A stretch of DNA of 64,000 nt, from assembly GCF_009914755.1 (NCBI RefSeq), contig NC_060926.1. One strand, 5' to 3'. Source of the stretch: the human T2T-CHM13v2.0 reference genome, Homo sapiens. Positions 1-15,965 of this stretch are shown piece by piece (position 1 is the first letter of the stretch; every line of letters begins with the position of its first letter). The translations under genes and the position numbers were made by a program. The notes under the pieces were generated by a model. That model was given only the letters and a program-made list of their open reading frames with translations, did no database searches and had not been told where the DNA came from.

Positions 1-108
1 GATTATTCTCTAAAGGGAGGAAGCCAGGAACTGCTCTTCATTGTTATACTTGAAAGGAATTAAAAGTGATTCTCTTAGAATAGCTCTAAGAGACATTTTC
101 CAGGCTAG

Positions 109-251
<143 letters not shown>

Positions 252-559
252 GCTTCCTTTCTAAATGTCCAATTCCTTTCTGATTGTAACATGTAGAATT
301 AAATACTCAAACCACCATAGGACATACCACTATACTTCTAGAGTTGTAGCATCCAAACATCAGCTTCTTTCATCAGTATCTTAGCTTTCAATTTACTAAC
401 ATAACTACAGTTCTGTGCTAACATTTATTTTTCCTGCGCTCTTTATATCACTCTCTCAAGCATCATTGTAAAATTTCTACCTTCTGTTGACACTCCTTTA
501 CTAGTTCCAACTTTCAGTTCATTTTGTAATTATTTGCATGGAGTAGTTGATTTCTTATT

Positions 560-900
560 GTTTATATTTTTTGTTTTCTGTATATTGTGATGTTTTGACA
601 TCTCAAAAGTTTTTCCAGCTAGGGAAATACAACTTCTCCCAAGGACAGCTAAGAGATAGTGAAGAATAAAGCCAGAGCATGCTTTTGTTATACAAACTAA
701 CCAATCCAGAGCCATTCCCTTCTCTGCCTGGCCCTACTCTCTAAGCAGCACTGTTTCTCACCTTAATCATCCCAGTACCAGGTAGCAGGCAAATAGGCAC
801 CATTGTAACATCTTCAGCCCTGCTGAAATTATTCAACCCAGCCAATTCTAAACTATTTATTCTGCCCTGCCTTGCCTTTTCTGTGGAAACAATAAAGATT
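560..900 (+). mobile_element. ERVL-class LTR fragment (MER74/LTR53-like)
   Basis: TTCTGTATATTGTGATGTTTTGACATC...CAAACTAACCAATCCAGAGCC...GAAATTATTCAACCCAGCCAAT...GGAAACAATAAAG resembles the recalled MER74-family consensus. Same family as the inverted copy at 29116-29632. Confidence 0.65.
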
Positions 901-1393
901 TGTTTTGTTTTCATAAATGAAGTCCAGATACTGTCAGGTGTTGGAAGTGGTCCTGTTATTCAGTGATGCCTTTGGAGATATAGGCTCTTTTCATCTTTTG
1001 AATCCACTCTCCTTATTATGCTTGTCTTTGGCCTTAAGATTAAAATCTTGGGGACTATACAAGAACTATACCTCCATGTAATTTGATTCTTTTCAAAGCA
1101 GGAAGAAGTCAAAACATGTTTAGGAATGGGCATCTGGAAAAGGGCAGCCTCAATATGTTTCACAAAATAATATATTAGGGACATTGTATACATGAGTCAT
1201 TCATTAAGTATCCAAGTGAGTAATGTGCCTCTCAGAATAGGTTTCTGGCATAGAGAATGGTATTGATGATTAGAGACATGGCAATAAATGACATCGATTA
1301 GAGTTAGATTCTGAGACAAAGGAGAAATGGGAGAATAGGGGATATATCAATATATAAGATACTTAAGATACTTGATTAGAAAAAGAAGCCAGG

Positions 1394-1757
1394 TGTATTC
1401 ATCTTTTCTCATGCTGCTAATAAAGACATATCCAAACTGGGTAATTTGTAAAGAAAAGGAGGTTTAATGGACTCATAGTTCCACATGGATCAGGAGGCCT
1501 CACAATCATGGTGGAAGGTGAAGTAGGAGCAAAGGCATGTCTTACATGGTGGCAGGCAAGAGAGTGTGTGCAGGGGAAATGTCCTTTGTAAAACCATCAG
1601 ATTTCATGAGACTTATTCACTATCACAAGAACAGCATGGGAAAAACCTACCCCCATGATTTAGTTACCTCCCACCAGGTTCTTCCCACTACATGTGGGGA
1701 TTATGGGAGCTAAAATTCAAGATGAGATTTTGCTGGGGACACAGCCAAACCATATCA
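1394..1757 (-). mobile_element. THE1C/D solo LTR (ERVL-MaLR)
   Basis: Reverse complement starts TGATATGGTTTGGCTGTGTCCCC and ends ATACA. Perfect 5-bp TSD CCAGG at 1389-1393 and 1758-1762. Confidence 0.95.
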
Positions 1758-4700
1758 CCAGGTCTGAGAATCAATGATGAAAGTATAAGAAGGAGAACTA
1801 GGAAAAGGAGTATATTAAAAAAAAATAATAATAAAACTAAAGCAAAATTTTCTTAGGATGTACCACAGTCTGCAAGGGGGAAAAATAAGAGAAGGAATAA
1901 GAGCTATGTGGCAGTTAGATGGACTTTTGTAACTTTTATAAGAACAGTTTTCATTGAGTGTGAAAAGAATTGCTAGCCTACTCTATATCGAGGCATGAAT
2001 CAGAAGCATTAAATTAAAATGGGCTGTAGACAACAACCTCCAAAAGTTTGGTAGTAAGGAGAAAGGAGGAGAAATTCAGAATCAACAAGAGATTTTTCTT
2101 TTTAATGGAACAAAAACTGTTGTTAGTGTTTGGAGGATTAGAGAACACCTGTAGGCTGAAGTGGGAAAAGAGTGAAGAAAATGATTGAAACGAGAAAAGA
2201 GAGTAATTTATCCAAGTCCCACAAGAATTCTGAGCAGTTGGGTCAAGAGTGCAGGTAAGGTTCTGAGTTTCAGAGAAAACTCAGTTTCCTTTTTTGTGAT
2301 TTTTGTATTCCTTAAGTTTTCACAAATAATCACATATCACAAATATAATAAAAAGAAAAACAAATTATCTCTATGTTCAGCTCATGTTAAACCTGGATTC
2401 AAGTAGAGATGATGCATGCAGGGAGCCCCATGCACTGCCTGGCACCTGTTCACATAGTTCTCTTTCCTTCTTCTACTGAGTTAAGAGTGAATAGTAGATA
2501 ATCAATGCATAATGATTTAGATAGTCTTAGAAATGGGCACAAGGAAATTTAATGAAATTCAACAGCTTTGGTTTTTCTATATCTTAAATGATGCTAGGCT
2601 TAGAATATCTTTAGGCAAAAAGCAATAACAAATTAATACATTCTCTGATCCCTTTCAAGAAGGGATTCATCTATTTCTGTATGGTAGCTATTAAAGTAAT
2701 GCTTATGATTTAGATCTTATGAAAGCACAATTCAGTTCATTAAACTAAGGGGCTGGAATTCCTGGATACATGGCTGTAGTTCTGACCTTTTCATCAGAGC
2801 TCTTCAGCCCCCAGTTTTGGGAGCTCAAATCCTATCATTTGAGAGAAATGCCAAAGGCAGACTGCCTTATTTATTGTTTTTTTAAATGCTGTAACTAAAA
2901 ATAACCAAAATAATACTAAAATGGTTCTCATTTAGTAGTATCAGTTTCCCTGGGGGTCAGAGAGGTAACATCTTTGGATTCTTGAGAGGGAACAAATAAC
3001 TTCCAAATTTCCTATCTGTAGGCTTATTAAATTCTAAAAGCAAACTTACACAAAAGATTCCAGGCCATAAAGAATGTTAGCACACGTGTAGTGCAAAATC
3101 CAGCCCAAACCATTTCAAAATGCCTCAATAACCTTCCATTATACTTTACACTTTGGACTCCAATTACCTTTTCATGGCTGCATGGGATAAGTGTCCATTT
3201 ACTTGAGAGGTATGATACTTCTACATTATCCACGTAATGCTATCTCTTGAGTGTGCTACAGGATTGCTAGCTGAAAATAGCTTTCTTTTAGAAAAAGAGG
3301 GGATAGCTTTTCTTTTATTTTTTCCAACTTTGTGGGTACCTATTAAGTAGACCAGGGAGGAAGATACAATCTTTGTTTTAACCATTTGCTATATCAAATC
3401 TGTAGAGTACCTGCTCTTTGTTGCTGGAGTGAGAGCAATCAATAATAACAAAATCCAAAGATAATCCCATTGCTCCTCTTGAGAGGATATGCTTCACATG
3501 CTAGAGTGAACTACCCCATACTTCCAACTTCCCTTCAGTCTTTGTATATTTCACAATTAAGTGATCTTTATCTTCTCAAATAGAACTAAATTAAGCAACT
3601 GACCAAGGCATTTTAAACTTTCAACATGACCAATGTACATGTGGTGAAAGTCATCATAAAGTCCGCACCTACAGCATCTGTTCCAGCACTCTGTATTTAC
3701 AATTAATTAGGAAATACGACAGCAATAATGAGCTCCACTTGAAAGAATTTCTTAAGATACAGAACCATAAAATGAAGAATTACCTTTACTAGAAACTTTT
3801 GCATAACTTTTAAAATTGTTAATATAACTGATATATCCTGGTTTAAACATATGTAGAAAATAAGTAAGCAGGTTGACATTATTTCTTTCTTTTTGCCTGC
3901 TACTGGGAGAAGAGAAGTAGGTACCTTTTAAATGATACAATTAAACCCTTTTGCAGGTACAATTTTGCCCTTTGGGGATGTAAGCATTAATGGAATAAAA
4001 ATTTCAAAGATATTAGAAAAAGATTATTAGATAAAAATGTACACATAGTTTTTAGAATGTATCAGCCATTTATGGCAGCCCCCAACTTTTGAAATCCCTT
4101 CCCCATTCTGGCGGTTCACCAGTATCACGCATCTAGCCTTCCCTAAGTAGAATTCCTAAATTATTATTCTCAGGCTCCATTGACTTGAGGTGTAAACATT
4201 TGACCAACCTCCTCAACATTAGGTGTAAACATATGACCAGCTTCCTTTCTCTCTTTCTAGCAGACAGGAAAGACAAACGTGAATATTGTGTGACTGAGGA
4301 GTTCTGGCAAGCATAGCCTCATTGAGTTGTTGGGTTTGCTGCATCAGCCATAGAAAAAGTGCTAGCTGTTGATTCCTGACTTCATGGACTCAAGTAACTA
4401 GTTGAACCAGCAATCGGATTTCCATTAAATTAGTTTAGGGGTGTCATAGGTATTGCTCCTATTTTAGGCTCTATAGCATTCACATTTGATACCTGGTCCT
4501 CTCGGACATTCTGTAAGATACCAAATAACTTTTAGAAGTACTTGCCTGATGGAAGCAGCGCCACCTACAGAGGTCGTTTACTATTTCAGAACCTATAAAT
4601 TTGACCCCAAAATGCTATTTTTTGTCAAACTTATTTTTATGTCATTTGATTTTCCAATCACAAAGGGACATTTCTTTATAATAAAATATTGTATTAACAT

Positions 4701-5029
4701 AAATATGATAAAAATATGTGATTTTTCCGTAGGTGACCCACTTCTCCCAGAGATGTATTCTCTCAGAATAAATTATTATTATTTTATGTTTAAAGATTTT
4801 CAATTACTATATCTATTTCTATAATGACTTTATCATACCTAGAAAATACCCATATCCTGAGTCCCTATGAGTAGGTTCACAGGACTTCATTTATAACGTC
4901 ATGCTACCGTCAAGTGAAATTGAGTGTCACAGGTGATAACCCCTTCAGTAGCTCCACATGTCCCAAAGGAAAAAATCACAAAGGAAAAACAAACAGACAT
5001 GTCCCAATTACCTGCCGTACTACTTCTAA

Positions 5030-5190
5030 TACCATATGACTTATTATTTATTGTTTAATGTTTAATTTCTGCCCCACTAGAATGTATGATTTGTCATAAG
5101 GGCAGGAGGTTTTGTTTTGATCATTGATGTAACCCAAGCCCCTGAAATGGTATTGGAACACCTTTGAAAGAATATTTATTGAATGAAAAT
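5030..5190 (+). mobile_element. L2 3' end
   Basis: CCCCACTAGAATGT...AAGGGCAGG...AATATTTATTGAATGAA matches the L2 terminal pattern. Confidence 0.7.
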
Positions 5191-6029
5191 AGTTGGCTAC
5201 TTTGAGCCTTTAGATAAGTGGGGAGCTACCATCTCTATGGCTTACTTTTAGGTCACAATCCTCTGCTTGATAAATCTTATTCAAAACTGATCCCTGATAC
5301 GTGTTCCATGAACAATACTGAGTTTTCTCCCATTTTTACTAGTCTTTGACTTCCAAAAGGGTCAAAATAGTAGTTGAATATGCAGCATCTTTTTAAAACT
5401 TTTTTAAAACATATTTTTAAAACTTTTTCTTATATTCTGAAAAATTATAACTCAGTTTAACATAAAAAAACAAGTAAAATGAAAATAAATTTACATAATC
5501 TATGAGCATTTCTGGAAATTTATGTCAATTTTATGGAAGTTTGAGTTGAGAAATTTTTCTTCCTAGTGTCAGATTTTTCCCCCTCTACTATTCAGTGTGG
5601 TGTACTGTAAACATTGCTTGGTTTCAAGGCAAACTGTGGCAGAGACAGGAGAATGGGGGTTGATTTTTAAGTACAGTCATACTTCTGACTTCCAGTGAAA
5701 TGTTGTTACGAAAAACCTGAATGTCATACAGTTAAAAAAGAACAGTGACAAACAGTGTCTCATTCTATACACTTTTATATACATTAGTTTATTTAGTGCT
5801 TGCAAGAGCCTATTGGCATAGGTATTACAAACCAAACTTTTAAAGATATAAATGGTAGCCTATCCTTTACTTTTACAAAGCTTTTAAACATATATCCTAA
5901 CACGTTAGATTTTAGTATTAATATGGTATTTCATTTACTCCAAATTTGAAGTAATTTTATCACTAACTGGATTTGTAATCGTAAAGCCATAGGGTAATTC
6001 ACAACATGTCAGCTGCTTTCATAAGAATG

Positions 6030-6238
6030 ATCCAACTAGAAGAACCAGAGAGACAGAATTCCATCCAAATTAATGAAAGTCTCAGTCTTTTGTAACCTAA
6101 CTGTGGAAGTGATATTTCATCCCTTTTGCCATATTCTGTTTATTAGAAACAAGACATTAGGTCCAGCCCACACTCAAGAGAAGATTCTAAAGGGTGTGTA
6201 TATCGGGAGGTGGGGATCAGTGGGAGTTATTTTGAGTC
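6030..6238 (-). mobile_element. MLT1F/G-like MaLR LTR fragment
   Basis: CTTTTGTAACCTAA...TTTTGCCATATTCTGTTTATTAGAA...AGGTCCAGCCCACACTCAAG...GGAGGTGGGGATCA is the antisense of an MLT1 5' end. Confidence 0.75.
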
Positions 6239-6278
6239 CTGAGATACTTGTGAAGGAATATGTCAGACATTCCTTTCT

Positions 6279-6401
6279 CTCTTTTTTTTTTTGAAACTGA
6301 TGTTTATTTTCCATCAACCTTATTTCCATGTTGCTTAAGACCCTGTGCAAGAGTAGCTTAAGACCATTCAGTGGTTGCTCCTACCCATTCAGTGGCCTGA
6401 G
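6279..6401 (-). pseudogene. RPSA: Heavily 5'-truncated processed pseudogene of ribosomal protein SA (last ~14 codons, 3'UTR, polyA)
   Basis: Minus strand reads GCT CAG GCC ACT GAA TGG GTA GGA GCA ACC ACT GAA TGG TCT TAA (AQATEWVGATTEWS*), then a 3'UTR with AATAAA and an A-tail. A 15-bp TSD CAGACATTCCTTTCT lies at 6264-6278 and 6402-6416. Confidence 0.93.
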
Positions 6402-6759
6402 CAGACATTCCTTTCTTTAAAGACCTGCCTCAACTTCCTTCCTCTCAAGGGGAAATGTAAGAGATGAGCACAAATATGATGCTTCCCATCACAGGTCCTG
6501 TCATGTTCTCATGACATGACACCAATATGAGCCTGTTGCTCATATTTACTCTCCATCTCATCACTCCACATTTTCTCAGCTTTATGGTTCTTGTGCTAGT
6601 AGATGCTTCTACCTACTACCTCAGTATCTACCTGCCTTAGGCCACTTCTTGTCTCTCATAGACTTTCTTACGGAACTGAGTCACAAAAAAGGCACACACT
6701 CAAACTTTTACTCAGTGCTTTGGGTATGTTCTGGGCTTCGGACATATCTAACTTCAAAC

Positions 6760-6925
6760 GCATAATGCCTGAAGGAGCAGGGATCATTTTCATTTTAGAG
6801 ATAAGTAAAATAAAACTTGTAAAAGGTAGGTGCCTGTCAACATCAGGCAGCTAGTGAGGGAAAAACTTGGATTCAATCACAGATGTATGGGAATTCGAAC
6901 CCAGGCCCTTCACCTCTGCCTTGTT
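6760..6925 (-). mobile_element. MIR fragment
   Basis: CATTTTAGAGATAAG...CAGCTAGTGAG...GGAATTCGAACCCAGG is the antisense MIR core. Confidence 0.6.
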
Positions 6926-8694
6926 AGTAAATCTTGCCCTTGACATCATTTTCATATGCTTTTATTACATCTTACATACTGGCAAATATAATTTAATTCT
7001 TTTGTATGAAAAACATTTCCAATTTGATAATAATTGCTTAATAACTGCACTGAGTTTAGAGTAATCCTCTATTTCTGACCATTTGTGTTACATTTGCGGT
7101 TATAAAAATCTTCACTTACAAATGAGGGGGAAAAAGACACAGAGGGATAAATAATTTGCCCTTTCTCACACTGTTATTTTTCCATAAATTGTTAGTTCTC
7201 CCTCACTTCAACATATTTGCTCTTTGCAATGTCTTTTGACAGCTGTCTTTTTGCATGCTGTCTTTTGATCAGCTTCTTCTTGCCTGTGAAATATCAGCAT
7301 GATTAAATGACATATGATAACTCTGGCAACTTTGATGTGTTACCTTCCAGTCTATCCTTCATTCATTACCTCTTTAATTGGCTAAGCAATCACATATTTG
7401 CACTTACAATGTGGCAGCATAATTCATGCCAACTTCTCTCCTTAGGGCTCGTGTGACCTCAGTGCCTAATACAGCCTCCATCTGCTCCATTTCACCCACT
7501 ATTCTCTATTATAAAACCTCCTCAGCTATTACTGGCTGACCTCAGGGCCCCTCACACTGGCCATTTGCCATATGCAGTGCCTTTCAGTTACCCGCAATGT
7601 CAGGGTTTCAAATGCATTTCCATTACCATCCTTCCCTACACTCTACCACAGCATTACCCCTGCCTGCTAGCCAGAGACTGTTCTCTCTGAAATGCGAATG
7701 TCCTGGGGAGAGTGCAAACCATGCCACTCCATTTTAACTAGCCTTCTGAGGACCAGTTCCCAGTCCTTAAACACCTCGGCTTCATCTGTTGAATCTATTA
7801 GGCATAAGGCACTGTGAGAGTCTTTAGAGAGCATCTCACATTGATTCATTTGCTACCCAGGCAGCCAAAGAACCAGGGCAAAGTTATATATTGTCATGGC
7901 ATTTATTAAGCCTGATTCTGTCCTCAGTGTGCAGGGGAGTATCACTTATAGTTAAGAATACCCCAAAGTTGCCATTTATCTTACCCTTTCTTTAAGAACT
8001 CTCAGTGCTTCTGCTTGAGTTTTGTGGAACTGCTACACTCTTTAAAAATTATTCTCTATCCTACCTCCACGTTTTTACCCTCTGTGTCCACTCTATTATT
8101 CACTGATGGGAAGTGCACCCAACACAATCAGGGCATCTGAGAAATACAGCTGATACCAAATGTTTCATCCTTCAGCTATCCATGCGAGTCTGACAATTGA
8201 TTCATTGTCCTCTTATTTCTCTAGTCTCCAAACATATGGCTTCATATGTTAATAAAATTGACTCTACCTGTTCAGGCTAAAGCTTGCATGGGTGCACTTT
8301 TGTTTTTATTTTCAAAGACTTTAAAAAGAGCTGCATCTCTCCATGACAATTTCCTAGGATAATAAGCAGAACCTTTTAAGGAAAAGGTTTCAATTTGCCT
8401 CCATAAAAGAGAATACAATGTAATCATTATAATTTTCATCTGGCAAATCAAACTGCAACATCTCTCTGAGGGTTAGCATGGAGTAACTGTGTGAGTGGTA
8501 GATGTATGGCTATCTTACAAAGAATAGCTTGTTCACATTACTATACACTATTAATTTCTATCAAGTTTATCAACTGAATTTATTTCATTTTCTTTTGATT
8601 TCTTGTCTTCTTATTGAGGAAATGACCCTAATTAGCATAGATCAATGCAGTCTCCAAGGTGGAAGAATACACGAGCTAAAACTGTACATTTCTG

Positions 8695-9237
<543 letters not shown>

Positions 9238-10514
9238 TAAAATCTCTATCAGAGCTGCATTATGCTTCTGAGGAAGTACTGAGAACATCTCTGCCTGTAG
9301 TGGCCTGTATACCTGTTCTGGATAATGCCAAACAGTGTCTGTGTCCCCTGGGTCCTATATTTTGGAGCACTGGGCTGATCAGATTAGTCTAGGCTGCAGT
9401 GGACTCTGCCAGCAGGTTCCCACTGCAGGGAACAGGAGTAACCTGAACTGAACAACCTCCCCAGTAGATTCAAACTTATTAAATCATTCTAACAGATACA
9501 TTATATTATTGCCTTTCTTCCCACAGCAGAATAAGAAAAAAATGCACCATTTTAGCCAAACCTGACATTAACCATATGCCAAGCCTCTTGATGAGACCCA
9601 CATACATATGATTCTACATCTTGCAAAGCTCACTAGGTGGACTTCATGAACTTTATTCACTGGAAAGCTGTAAGTACCCTTGACATCAAAGGCAATCAAT
9701 ACCCCCCAAAAAGACCATCTGAATACAGGTCAAGAAGCAGGAGCTATATCTATGACTCCAGAAGCAGAGATATTATATATCCCTAACTAAGAGTCACAGG
9801 GGATTTCTTGAACTAAAATGAAAGACAACAGGATAAGATGAAAAGCAGTGGGCCAGGGCCCAGCTTAGCCACTAATCATGTACATGACCTGGAGCAGTCA
9901 CAAGGTCTCCGAGCTTCAGTGGTCTTAGCTGTAGCATGAGAAGATTGGGCTAAATAAACATTTTCAAAGTGTGTTCCAAAGAACACCAACCCAAAAAGGA
10001 TTAATCATAAAAAAAAGCAGGTTCTTTGGTTTAGTTAGTTTGGGAAATGCTCCATATCAAGCAATTTTTGAGAAAGCTATTTTGGGAAAGCTACAGTGTC
10101 TCTTAGGGCAAAATCCTTTAAACTGTTTAACCTTGTATAAACCAGCATTTTTCTAGCCTGTTTGAACACTGTACTAACTGTCAACATTTTTCATAGCTGA
10201 TGCTCCATGGAACATGCATGATAGACATAAGTCACCTCAAAAGTATCCAACCATGATTCCAAATCAGTTCCTGCTGTAAGAGATTTCTAATTTTGATTTG
10301 AACTAGTCTCCAGAGCAGAAGGATATGTCACTGAAGCAGGTATAGTCAATACTCTGACACTCATATAAAAGCTCAAAATCAACAAAAATTGGCTAAAGGC
10401 TCTAATGCAAAAGTAAGCATCAGTGCTGTGTTTACTTATTTGGGTTCTGTTTTCACTAAGATTTTGGCCTCAGACAAGTCTTTTTATCCATGTTGAGCAA
10501 TAAATGTACTTTAA

Positions 10515-12524
<2,010 letters not shown>

Positions 12525-12834
12525 ATTGGGATTCCAAACAGGAATTGGGAATTATTGCTAAGAGCCTCATATAAATGGAATCTGCAGAACACTAATCAGG
12601 CATTTTTAAATAGATGAACTGACCCTCCACAAGTTCTATAATTAATTATGAGCTTGATCCTCTAAGCTCCATCATATTTAGAAACCTTGGACCCAAATGT
12701 CTGCCTGATAGTGTGGTACTTTCTATAGCCTAATTCATTGCCAGCAGGGTCATGGGAAGGTCACCAAAACTGGCAGAGAACTAAAAGGATGAGTTTATTT
12801 TCTGACTGATGAATTTGAGTCAATGTTAAATGAT

Positions 12835-13060
12835 GGACAGAGCATAGAATTTAAAGACAGAATACTTGACCTTGAGTTACAATATTACACTTCAAAATGT
12901 ACGTGATCTTGGAAAAAAAGTAGGTGTATGAGCCTTGGTTTCCAGATCTGTAAAATGAAAATAACTTTAAAAAATTTGTCCTTATTATCTCAAAGTTATT
13001 TTTAATGTTTAAATCAAGTAGCATATTTTACAACCATGTTATAAAGTACTATGCAAATAT
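12835..13060 (+). mobile_element. MIR
   Basis: GTGATCTTGG...GAGCCTTGGTTTCCAGATCTGTAAAATG core. Confidence 0.65.
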
Positions 13061-13729
13061 ATACTATTTTTCAACTTAAAAGCCTTAATATCATATGCTT
13101 CATATAACTTGGCTTTCCTTAAAGGAAGGGAAAGAAAACTGATCTGATTTAAATAAGAACTTCACGTATCTGAAATTCATTAATTTTCTATTTTGAGGTC
13201 TCGATATTTGGATTATTTTATTATTTTTCTTGACAGATGTCATGACCAATATCCATCTTCACACAGGTACCCTAGGATGTTGTGCCAGGACACAAAGGTC
13301 AGGATGGGTTACGGCTTTTGAGATTGAGTTTTCCCCTGGAACCTGAAAAGCAACATTCCAAATGGGTGAAAGAGAGATGGATCCTTCTTGGGTTCATATT
13401 GAGGCTGCACGAGCCTTTTGAGGAGAAATAGTGATTTTTTTGAGGAGAATAGTGACTGAAAAATGAAGATGTGCACACTCCCTGTTAAGCAATTAAGTTT
13501 GGTAACAGGTAAAAATCATTACTTCTCCGTCTACGCTTATTTTATTTGGTGGTAAAACGCCAAAGACGTCACGTTACTCTACTGCCTTCGAGTAACTTCT
13601 GCTTGCCTTAAGTCCACTAGACCAAGTATGTGCTTAGTGAGATAACAAATGATGGTCACCAAAAATTGTTTTGAAGTGATATGCAAATACGTACTATTTT
13701 TCAACTTAAAAGTAAGCATAAAAAAGGCT

Positions 13730-13838
13730 AAAATCTTGAATATTCTTTCTTTGTAGGTCTGGAATTGGGTGTGGACTTTTTTTTTCAAAAAAGATCTCCA
13801 GATTATCCTAATGCACATGAGAGTTTAAGAATCACTAT
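13730..13838. mobile_element. MER5-type hAT-Charlie fragment
   Basis: GTAGGTCTGG...CTCCAGATTATCCTAATGCACATGAGAGTTTAAGAATCACTA resembles a MER5 terminus. Confidence 0.6.
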
Positions 13839-14649
13839 GTTTTTCAATAGCTTTCAGTTTGTTTTGTTTCAGTTTTCAGCCAAGTCTACTTCTCCCTATG
13901 ATTCAGATGCTTTGCCACAAACGATTCTTTTTGTTATTACCCAGAAGGGCAAATTTTCTCCCCTTTTAAACTGGATTAAATAAGAGAGAGGATAGTAAAG
14001 GGATACAGGTGTTATAACAATGGGGTAGAGAATGATAAGGGAGCTATTGATAAAAGAGATTTCAACATATTTTTAGACAATAAAGATAAAAATGGGGAAA
14101 TGTAACCGTTGAAGGAGGTGGAGGAAGATGCAGCCTAGACAATATCCCAAAGAGGAGTGACTGAGAGAGACAATCAGATTGCTAAAACCATGGAGATCAC
14201 CAACATTCATTAGTGTAAGAAGGTACTCTGGAAAACTGGAGTAAGAACAGTGCTTCACTAAAACGAGAGCTCACTATTGAAACTGAAAATAGGATTTGCT
14301 GTTAATTTAACCACAGTTAAATTGCTTAACACTTCAGACATAGTTTTTCACAGCTGTCTTATCATAAGCAAATAGAAAAAAAAAGTTTAAAGAAATATGA
14401 ACTGGTGTAAAAAGAAAAGAAAGACCTTCGTAATCTAGCATTGTAGAGACACACAACATGATGAATGGTTTCTTGCTTACACATGCTGTGGCAACCCCAT
14501 CAGTGTCCAAGAACTGCAAATGGTACATACATTTCTCAATCAGCTTCTTTTTTACTGCTTCCTTTTAAAATATAATCAGATAAGCAACTATCCCCTGATA
14601 TTTGATGAAAACCTACACTTTAAAACATATTTAACATCAACAAAAAAGA

Positions 14650-15965
14650 AAGAATGACTCCTCCCTAAACAGACACATTAAGGAACACCGAGAGCTTAGG
14701 GAAAAAAAAAAATCCAGTTGAGAGTGGCATGATCCAAGAAGATATTTTATCCATAAATTAAAATGATTCTGCCACATGAAATAAACTGAAGGAAACCAAA
14801 GGGTTTCTGAAAAAATAAAAATAATCACCAGAATAACAAATTAATCAGAACAAAGAATTAAATCAAGTTAATTACCTTAAAAGTTTGGGAAGGGGGATTT
14901 TTTAAAAGGAATACATAGCATTCTAAGAGTTATAACTTCTAACAGGAATTCCAGAAAAGGAGAACAAAGGAATGGAGAGAATTATACTATGAAATAACAA
15001 AAGAAAAAACATTCTTCTCCAGATTGAATGATGGAACCAAGTACCAAACATAATTAATAAATATACCTACATGCATAACTCTAAAATTTCAGGACATCTA
15101 AGGACAGGGGAATCTTTTAACCTTAGAGGTAGAGAAGGCTGTGGGCGGGAGGACATTTCCTAAAGAAGAATAAAAATGGGAGCAGTAATACTGCGTACTA
15201 GAAGACAGTGGAATAATTTCTTCAAAGGACAAAGAGAAAAATATTCTCAACCTATAACTTTATACCCAATTGAATCATTACTCAGATGCAGTGTTATGAG
15301 ATTTAGGAGTCAGTGGATTCAGTGTCTTTAAGAAGGCAGGGAAAGGAAGCTCCAGGAAGAGCGTTGTGCCGAAGGTGTAGAGAGAAAGCATCCCAGACTG
15401 CAGAAGGAGAACTCATAGTTCTGGGTAGAGGTCTCCTGAATAAAGAAAGAGCAGTAACATACCTGATCAACTGTTTGAGTGAAGAGACTAAGGATACAAC
15501 ATAAGAAAAAATAAAAGCCTATGGAAAATTTAAGAAAAACAAAAACTTGTACAAAAAGAAAGGAAAGAAAAAAGCATGATACACAACTTATTTCTGAAGT
15601 GAATCAGACAATTACATACATAATAATAATACTGTATTCCACTCTTGGTTTACTGATTTAACTAAATAGGGATATAATTTTATTGGAACGTAGGGTAGGA
15701 AATATAAGATGTGGTGTAAAAAGGTGAAAGTAATCTGTTTATCATGGAAGAAAGCCAAAAGATCTTGTCAAAAATTTTAACCTAAATATTCTTAAAGACA
15801 CAGTATTTAGGGGTAAGAAAGGACTATCTAGTAAATTTCTATAGGAGTCCAAATGAATGCATTTAGAGATGAAGGCTAGTGAATGGCTGAAGCTGAGACA
15901 GGAGGAGCTTACTTTCCCTAAAAAACAATTAGTAGTCATTGATTTGTTTTAATCATGTGCATTTT
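14650..15965 (+). mobile_element. HAL1 / ancient L1 ORF1-like element
   Basis: Degenerate ORF1-like tract (GGAATTCCAGAAAAGGAGAACA; CTAGAAGACAGTGGAATAATTTCTTCAAAG; CAACCTATAACTTTATACCCA), followed by a HAL1-like 3' region (ACTGATTTAACTAAA...GATATAATTTTATTGG). Confidence 0.6.

Noticed and set aside
7230-7274. Short slippage repeats (TGTCTTTTG x3; also 27599-27635 and 51793-51819)
   Set aside because: Ordinary micro-duplications with no further structure.
13250-13345. Minus-strand acceptor (ttgcttttcag|GTTCCAGGGG...) as terminal coding exon
   Set aside because: All three frames stop quickly and match no protein I recognise.
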